From: an uncultured Bacilli bacterium | Lineage (GTDB): Bacteria; Bacillota_I; Bacilli_A; RF39; UBA660 | Direction of reading: 5' to 3' | Assembly: GCA_934096805.1 (NCBI GenBank) | Contig: CAKOMW010000002.1 | Span: 139,736 to 203,735, forward strand | DNA: 64,000 bases | In this document: in pieces, positions 56,483 to 64,000 of the stretch | How positions within the stretch are numbered: position 1 is the first letter of the stretch | How the letters are laid out: every line of letters begins with the position of its first letter | The notes under the pieces: generated by a model | What the model was told of the DNA's origin: nothing | Databases searched by the model: none | What the model saw: only the letters and a program-made list of their open reading frames with translations | Position numbers and translations under genes: made by a program

Positions 56483-58282
56483 TCATTTTTTTATTTTTTT
56501 AAATTCTTTTAGTGTTTCTTCAAACATCGAAAGGGCATCATCTATTGTATTATCATTAGCTATATCAATACCAACACTCTTTAATATTTCAAGAGGATAA
56601 TCAAATCCACCACTTCCTAAAAATTTCATATAGTTTGAAACAGCATTTTCTTTATTATTTAATATATCATTTGCTATTTTACAAGCAATTGATATTCCAG
56701 TTGCATACTTATATACATAAAAACTATTATAAAAATGAGGGATTCTTGCCCATTCTAATCTAATTAAATCATCATTTATGACGGATGGACCATAATATTT
56801 TTTATTTAAATCATAGTATATATTACAAAAATCATCACAAGTAAGAATTTCATCATTAAATGTTTTCATATGGACAATTGCTTCAAATTCTGCAAATTGT
56901 GTTTGTCTATATAAAGTGGTTCTTATATGTTCCATTAAATTATTTAAATAATATAACTTTTCATTATTATCTTTTGCATTTAAATAACAATATCTATTAA
57001 GTAATATTTCATTAACAGTAGAAGCTATTTCCGCTAGAAAAATAGGATAAGATGCATCATGATATTCTTTATTTTTATGTGAATAAAAGCTATGCATTGA
57101 ATGTCCTAATTCATGAGCAATAGTTGATACATCATTAAAAGTTCCACTAAAGTTTAATAGAACATAAGGAAGGGTGTCATAACTACCCCATGAATAAGCT
57201 CCACTTCTTTTATTTTTATTATTAAATACATCTATACATTTACTATCAAATAGATTTTTTAAGTCTTTTATATAATTGTCTCCAAGTGGAGAAAGTGCTT
57301 TTATTACTAATTCTTTTGCCTCTTCATAAGTATATTTTTTATCTATATTCTTTACTAATGGAACATATAAATCATACATATGCATTTCATTTAGATTAAG
57401 TATTTCTTTTCTAAGTTCCACATATTGATGTAATAAATCCATTCTCTCATTTACTTTGTTTATTAGCTTATTATATAAATCTTCACTTATATCATCATTG
57501 TCTAAGCTCATTGTAATAGGATTTGCATATTTTCTTGTTTTAGCAAGAAAACTATCTACTTTAAGATTACCTTTAAATGTAGATGAAATTGTATTCTTTA
57601 GACCATCATAACCATTATACAAAGATGTAAAAGCTTCTTTTCTTGTCTCTCTATTATTAGACTTAATATATTTTGAATAAGTACTATTATTTAATTCTAC
57701 AATATTTCCATCCTCATCCTTGATATCAGAAAATTTTAAATCCACATCATCAATCATATCAAATGTATCTGAAGGATTTCTAAAGACTTCTCCCAAAGAT
57801 GCAAGTAGTGTTTCTATTTCTTTTGTTAAAGTATGTTCTTTTGTTCTAAATGTATCTTTTAAAACAAATTCATATTTTTTTAGTTCATTGTTTTCATTCA
57901 TATATTTTTCTACTACAGTATAATTACTTTTAAGCAGTTCTGGTGTAAAGAATGATATATCAGAAAATATCTTATCACAAATATTATCTATTTTTTTTAC
58001 TAAAGCAAGATTTTCTGATATTGACATATCTTCATGATGTTTCATATTAGCATATACTACTAATTTATCAATAGTTCTAATTATTTCATAATATTTGTTT
58101 ATTGCTTCAAGTAAAGTTTTATCACTATCAAGCAAATGGTTTTCATATAACTTAAATTCTTTGGTTAAACTAAGTATTTTATTTAAGTCATTTTCTACTT
58201 CTTCACTACTCTTATAAATCTTAGATAAGTCCCACTTATACTTATCGTCAATCTCACATCTTTGTTTGATTTTTTCTTTCAT
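56483..58282 (-). CDS. pepF: oligoendopeptidase F (M3B family)
   Basis: HELGHSMH zinc-binding motif; about 600 aa M3B architecture; unusually located between dnaK and dnaJ. Confidence 0.8.
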   Translation of the reverse strand: MKEKIKQRCEIDDKYKWDLSKIYKSSEEVENDLNKILSLTKEFKLYENHLLDSDKTLLEAINKYYEIIRTIDKLVVYANMKHHEDMSISENLALVKKIDNICDKIFSDISFFTPELLKSNYTVVEKYMNENNELKKYEFVLKDTFRTKEHTLTKEIETLLASLGEVFRNPSDTFDMIDDVDLKFSDIKDEDGNIVELNNSTYSKYIKSNNRETRKEAFTSLYNGYDGLKNTISSTFKGNLKVDSFLAKTRKYANPITMSLDNDDISEDLYNKLINKVNERMDLLHQYVELRKEILNLNEMHMYDLYVPLVKNIDKKYTYEEAKELVIKALSPLGDNYIKDLKNLFDSKCIDVFNNKNKRSGAYSWGSYDTLPYVLLNFSGTFNDVSTIAHELGHSMHSFYSHKNKEYHDASYPIFLAEIASTVNEILLNRYCYLNAKDNNEKLYYLNNLMEHIRTTLYRQTQFAEFEAIVHMKTFNDEILTCDDFCNIYYDLNKKYYGPSVINDDLIRLEWARIPHFYNSFYVYKYATGISIACKIANDILNNKENAVSNYMKFLGSGGFDYPLEILKSVGIDIANDNTIDDALSMFEETLKEFKKIKK

Positions 58283-58331
58283 ATTTTCTCCTTTTTATAT
58301 ATAAGGGAAGTCGTTTGACTTCCCTTTTTTA

Positions 58332-60182
<1,851 letters not shown>

Positions 60183-60743
60183 TTACTCATTTATTATAAC
60201 CATTGCTGGTCGTAAAACTTTGTCTTTATATGTATAACCCTTCTTATAAACTTCTAAAACAACTGAAGGTTCCTTAGTTTCATCTTTTTTTACTGCTACG
60301 CTTTGATGATACAAAGGATTAAACTCTTTACCAAGAGCATCTATTTCTTTCACTTCATAGCTATTTAATAAGTCAATAATTTGGTTATAAATGAGTCTAA
60401 AACCATCAAGATAACTCTTAAATGTTTCATCTTCATTTTTGAGTGCTATTTCAAAATTGTCTACAATCAGTAGTAATGAAGATAATAAATCACCATTAGC
60501 ATATTTGAGCAAATTAGATGTTTCCTCATCTTTCCTTTTACGATAATTAATTAAATCTGCTTTGTGTCTTAAAACCTCATTGTTAGAGTTTTCCATTTCT
60601 TTTTTTAAAGCATCAATTTGTTGTTTCAAATTATCAATTTCTTCATGTTTATTCTTTTTGTTTTTGGTATGCTTTTCAGACATTTTGTTTGAACTTTCTA
60701 GTACTTCTTCATTCAAAGTCTCATTAATTTCTTTCTCTTCCAT
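60183..60743 (-). CDS. grpE: nucleotide exchange factor GrpE
   Basis: coiled-coil N-terminus and GrpE C-terminal domain (RHKADLINYRKR, VLRPAMVII). Confidence 0.9.
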   Translation of the reverse strand: MEEKEINETLNEEVLESSNKMSEKHTKNKKNKHEEIDNLKQQIDALKKEMENSNNEVLRHKADLINYRKRKDEETSNLLKYANGDLLSSLLLIVDNFEIALKNEDETFKSYLDGFRLIYNQIIDLLNSYEVKEIDALGKEFNPLYHQSVAVKKDETKEPSVVLEVYKKGYTYKDKVLRPAMVIINE

Positions 60744-60754
60744 AATCTCTCCTT

Positions 60755-61741
60755 TTATTTAAGATGCTCCTTTATATAACTTAAAAGCGATACTACTCGA
60801 TCATATTCCATTCTCTTTGGACCAATTATTGCAATCGTTCCTTCATCACCGTCAGTTTTATATTTTGTTTTTATAACAGTCACATCATCATCTAGATTAG
60901 ATTCTTGTCCAATATAAATATTTATATCTCCATCATCCTCAGAAACTGTATCAAACAAAGAAGTATCTTCAAATTTATTAAGAATTTTTTTAATTTTATC
61001 TACGTTGTTAAATTCTGGTTGGTTTAAAATATTATTTTTACCTACAAATGACATATCGTTTTTACTAATCATATCACTAAATACATCGTAGAAAGCATTG
61101 TAGATTATTTCATGTTGTTCAACATATTGATTAATAATTGGTTTTATTTCAAACTCAAGTTTTTTATTAATTTCGTCTATTGGTGTTCCAATAAGCAACT
61201 TATTGATTAACTCTACAGTTTTTTGAATATCTTCATTTGAAACATTTGAAGCTTCAATATTCTTATGTTCAACATGACCTTTATCAGTAACAATAATTGC
61301 TAAAATTTTAAAATCACCAAGAGGTAGAACCTCAACTTTCTTAAGTTTGTTTTCATTGGACTTAGAACCAAGAACAACTGATGTATAATCAGTAAGTTCA
61401 GATATAATAGCAAGACTCTTTTTAATCACATCATTCATTTCTAATTTATTATTATTAAAAATAAGTTGAAGTTTTAATAAGTCATCACCATTCATTTTCT
61501 TGGGCTCCATCAAATTATCTACATAATATCGATAACCCTTTTCACTAGGTATTCTACCTGATGAAACATGAGTCTTTTGTAAATAACCTAGGTCCTCCAA
61601 AGTAGACATATCATTTCTGACTGTAGCACTGGAACAATTAAGTTCATCACATATTAGTTTAGAACCAACTGGATTAACACTCTTAACGTACTCAGTAACA
61701 ATCAGTTGTAGTATTTTTTCCTGTCTCGAAGTTAACATCAT
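60755..61741 (-). CDS. hrcA: heat-inducible transcription repressor HrcA
   Basis: MLTSRQEKILQLIVTEYV winged-helix N-terminus; RBS aaggaggt; precedes grpE-dnaK. Confidence 0.85.
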   Translation of the reverse strand: MMLTSRQEKILQLIVTEYVKSVNPVGSKLICDELNCSSATVRNDMSTLEDLGYLQKTHVSSGRIPSEKGYRYYVDNLMEPKKMNGDDLLKLQLIFNNNKLEMNDVIKKSLAIISELTDYTSVVLGSKSNENKLKKVEVLPLGDFKILAIIVTDKGHVEHKNIEASNVSNEDIQKTVELINKLLIGTPIDEINKKLEFEIKPIINQYVEQHEIIYNAFYDVFSDMISKNDMSFVGKNNILNQPEFNNVDKIKKILNKFEDTSLFDTVSEDDGDINIYIGQESNLDDDVTVIKTKYKTDGDEGTIAIIGPKRMEYDRVVSLLSYIKEHLK

Positions 61742-61748
61742 AACCTCC

Positions 61749-61775
61749 TTTAGCACTCGCTTTTTCCTTGTGCTA
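61749..61775. promoter_or_regulatory. CIRCE operator (imperfect)
   Basis: ttagcactc-gctttttcc-ttgtgctaa versus consensus TTAGCACTC-N9-GAGTGCTAA. Confidence 0.6.
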
Positions 61776-61796
61776 ATTATATTATAATATTATATG

Positions 61797-61823
61797 TTAG
61801 CATTGTCAAGATATGAGTGCTAA
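61797..61823. promoter_or_regulatory. CIRCE operator (second copy)
   Basis: ttagcattg-tcaagatat-gagtgctaa. Confidence 0.65.
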
Positions 61824-61845
61824 TTTTTTTAATTTTTTTTCAATA

Positions 61846-63050
61846 AGTGTAAAATAAAAGAAATAGAATTAATCTATTTCAATTTTTGTAGTTCTTCAAA
61901 TGAAAGACCTGTGCATTCTGAGATGATGTTTAAATCAATGTTTTTTTGAAGTAGTTTAAGAGCAGCTTCTTTAGCTTTTTCTTTTTTTCCTTGCTGTATT
62001 CCTTCTTTGATGCCTTCACTACGACCTTGTTGTATTCCATTCTCATTAGCTTCTCTTAACTCTGATTTTCTTAATCTTTCTTCGTGTAACTCTTTATCAT
62101 ACATTCCTATTACTTCATCTTCTTCACTTGCTCTTCTAGAATCATCAATATATTCTTTCATAATCTTATCACCCTTGCTTAATTCATTAAGAATATTATT
62201 ATCATTTTCATTAAATACTAATAATAACTTCTCATATTCCTCAAGTTTATTATAATCTTTTTTTCTTATATTTGGCAAGTAAATATTATAAATATGTATT
62301 TTATTTGTATACACTTCTTCACTGTCTTTTAGATTAACTATCATATACTCATCTAATACTTCGTTTTTATCTTGAAATGTAAAGTTATTTATGTTAATTT
62401 GAATACAAGTTTCAAAGAAATAATCATCTCCTTTAGTCATTCCACCATTATATAATGAAAACATATAACCTAGATTTCTTGCTAAACTTGTCTTGGATGC
62501 ATTTTTATTCATTTCTACATTGACTACTACATCATCTATTCTACATAAATAGTCTACTGTCTTTCTAGATTTATTTTCTTTTTCTTCATCTATATTAGCT
62601 TTTATTAAAGTAGTATTATTATAGATTTCATTAAAGTCTTTCTTTAGTAGAAGTGCAATTAAATAGCATCCATATTTCTTTCTTGATTCATTATAAAACA
62701 TTGTTCTAAACATTGCATCTGATACAATTGGTATTTTATAACCATCATATCTATCTTCAAGTTCATAAGCATCATTTTTAGACATAGCTTTATCTAAAAC
62801 AGCTTTCTTATCACCAATAAGATTCATACTTTTCCCTCCTTTCAAAACCAATATATAACATATAAAAATGCAATGCAAATGAGTAATTTTAAGTTTTAAA
62901 TACATAAAAAAGAACCAAAATAGATATTTCCCTTAAGAGAATTTTCTTATTTGATTCTTATTTTTTTATTAAAAATATTGTTTTATATATAATTTAAGAA
63001 ACTTATACTTCTTAATTATTTTTATAAGTATTAATCAATACTTAGAGTGT
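61846..63050 (-). mobile_element. Rpn-family element copy 4 inserted between the hrcA promoter/CIRCE region and argS
   Basis: 3' hairpin gaaatagaattaatctatttc 61860-61880; leader 62828-63050 including ttataagtattaatcaatacttagagtg. Confidence 0.65.
61874..62827 (-). CDS. Rpn/YhgA-like PD-(D/E)XK nuclease / putative transposase, subfamily I
   Basis: ATG 62827 with RBS ggaggg; C-terminal repeat variant GIQQGRSEGIKEGIQQGKKEKAKE. Confidence 0.65.
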   Translation of the reverse strand: MNLIGDKKAVLDKAMSKNDAYELEDRYDGYKIPIVSDAMFRTMFYNESRKKYGCYLIALLLKKDFNEIYNNTTLIKANIDEEKENKSRKTVDYLCRIDDVVVNVEMNKNASKTSLARNLGYMFSLYNGGMTKGDDYFFETCIQININNFTFQDKNEVLDEYMIVNLKDSEEVYTNKIHIYNIYLPNIRKKDYNKLEEYEKLLLVFNENDNNILNELSKGDKIMKEYIDDSRRASEEDEVIGMYDKELHEERLRKSELREANENGIQQGRSEGIKEGIQQGKKEKAKEAALKLLQKNIDLNIISECTGLSFEELQKLK

Positions 63051-63108
63051 CTTATCAAAGACTTATATGGAAACATTATAGCTGGATGTTTTTGCATTCT
63101 AAAGTTAT

Positions 63109-64000
63109 TTACATTTCACTTGGAATATCTATTATTAACATGCTAAGTAGTTTTTTTATGACATCATAAGTGTATGAAAGTAGGTTAAGCCAATCATTTT
63201 TATTATTTTCATCCTCTAAGTTAGATATATTATTATTTTGATAGAAAGTATTGGTAAGGACTGCTAAATCATAAAGATATTCTGCAATATAATTAGGCAT
63301 TCTTTCATCACATGAACGTGTTACAACATTGTTTACATCAAGTAGTTTTTTTCTTAAGTTTCTATCATCTTCATTATATATTTTACTGCTCAAAATACTA
63401 TTTTCTTTTTTTGAATTAATAAGTTTTCTTATTCTAACAGCAGTATATAAAATATATGGTCCTGTTTTTCCATTTACATCAGCAAATTTTTCTATATCAA
63501 ATATATAGTTCTTTTCACGATTGTTTTGAAGATCTGCAAACTTAAGGATTGAGTTAACTATTATATCAATGTCTTCTTTTTTCATGTTTTTATTAGATTC
63601 TTTTTTCGATATAAATATTTTTTTTGTTTGTTCAATTAAATCATCTAGTTTTAGAGTTTCGCCACTTCTAGTTTTGAATGGCTTACCATCTGGGCCATTT
63701 ATCGTTCCAAAGGCATCATGTTCTAAAGATACATTTGGTGTTAGCCCGCTTTTATAACAGGCTCTGAAAACTTGTTCAAAATAAAGACTTTGTCTATTGT
63801 CTACGACATATATAATATAATCTGGATTAAAATCTTTCATTCTTTGATAAATTGTAGCAAGATCGCTTGTAGCATATAGGAATCCTCCTGTTTTACCTTG
63901 AATAATAAGAGGTGGAACTTGTTTTTTGTCGTCTTCTTTAGCTACTCTTATTATTTTGGCTCCGTCGTCTATTTCAACTACTTTTTTTTCTTCAAAAAAT
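63109..64000 (-). CDS. argS: arginine--tRNA ligase (C-terminal part; gene continues beyond the window edge)
   Basis: frame open to position 64000 (…IIQGKTGGFLYATSDLATIYQRMKDFNPDYIIYVVD); DALR anticodon-binding domain KTGPYILYTAVRIRKLI. Confidence 0.8.
   Translation of the reverse strand, partial: FFEEKKVVEIDDGAKIIRVAKEDDKKQVPPLIIQGKTGGFLYATSDLATIYQRMKDFNPDYIIYVVDNRQSLYFEQVFRACYKSGLTPNVSLEHDAFGTINGPDGKPFKTRSGETLKLDDLIEQTKKIFISKKESNKNMKKEDIDIIVNSILKFADLQNNREKNYIFDIEKFADVNGKTGPYILYTAVRIRKLINSKKENSILSSKIYNEDDRNLRKKLLDVNNVVTRSCDERMPNYIAEYLYDLAVLTNTFYQNNNISNLEDENNKNDWLNLLSYTYDVIKKLLSMLIIDIPSEM

Overview
This is a strongly AT-rich chromosomal segment from an endospore-forming Firmicute that looks Clostridia-like. 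It carries sigK, the spoIIGA–sigE locus and a SpoIIM-like gene. Standard genetic code applies (UGG encodes Trp).

The backbone is ordinary housekeeping. It includes ileS behind a T-box leader, mutL, miaA, cdsA, rseP, mnmA, deoB, a XerC/D-type recombinase, rarA, a TcdA-like ThiF-family gene, a YebC/PmpR-family gene, ddl, tmcAL, sepF with a DivIVA-like gene, the hrcA-grpE-dnaK-pepF-dnaJ cluster with two CIRCE operators, a partial argS, and tRNA-Met plus tRNA-Leu.

Five accessory layers sit on that backbone.

1. A paralogous family of membrane-anchored surface proteins (copies A at 1582-2802, B at 49720-51150, C at 18922-21105, plus a short member at 40475-41221). Their GC-rich C-terminal C-type-lectin/FGE-like domains carry short hypervariable blocks dominated by NNC codons. 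This is the sequence signature of variable repeats of a diversity-generating retroelement (DGR). No reverse transcriptase or template repeat is visible in this window. Copy A is additionally switched off by a 10-G homopolymer between its ATG and its signal-anchor, which looks like a phase-variation switch.

2. A Tad/Flp-like pilus locus (cpaE, cpaF, tadB, tadC, three NNKAQALVE-type prepilins). Nearby are a 991-aa type-IVa-like giant prepilin and a second pilin gene overlapping mutL.

3. A multi-copy Rpn/YhgA-like PD-(D/E)XK (Transposase_31-type) element. Each copy has a conserved leader of about 220 bp containing a CCCTTAAGGG palindrome, and a 3' hairpin. There are four intact copies, one truncated copy and two solo leaders. 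One insertion splits the spoIIGA–sigE operon and is flanked by a 114-bp duplication of the spoIIGA 3' end.

4. A type II R-M pair, a C5-methyltransferase with a small endonuclease.

5. A small tRNA-adjacent island with a kinase-like ORF, a PNKP-type HAD phosphatase and a YbaK deacylase.

No CRISPR array, prophage or DDE transposase was seen.
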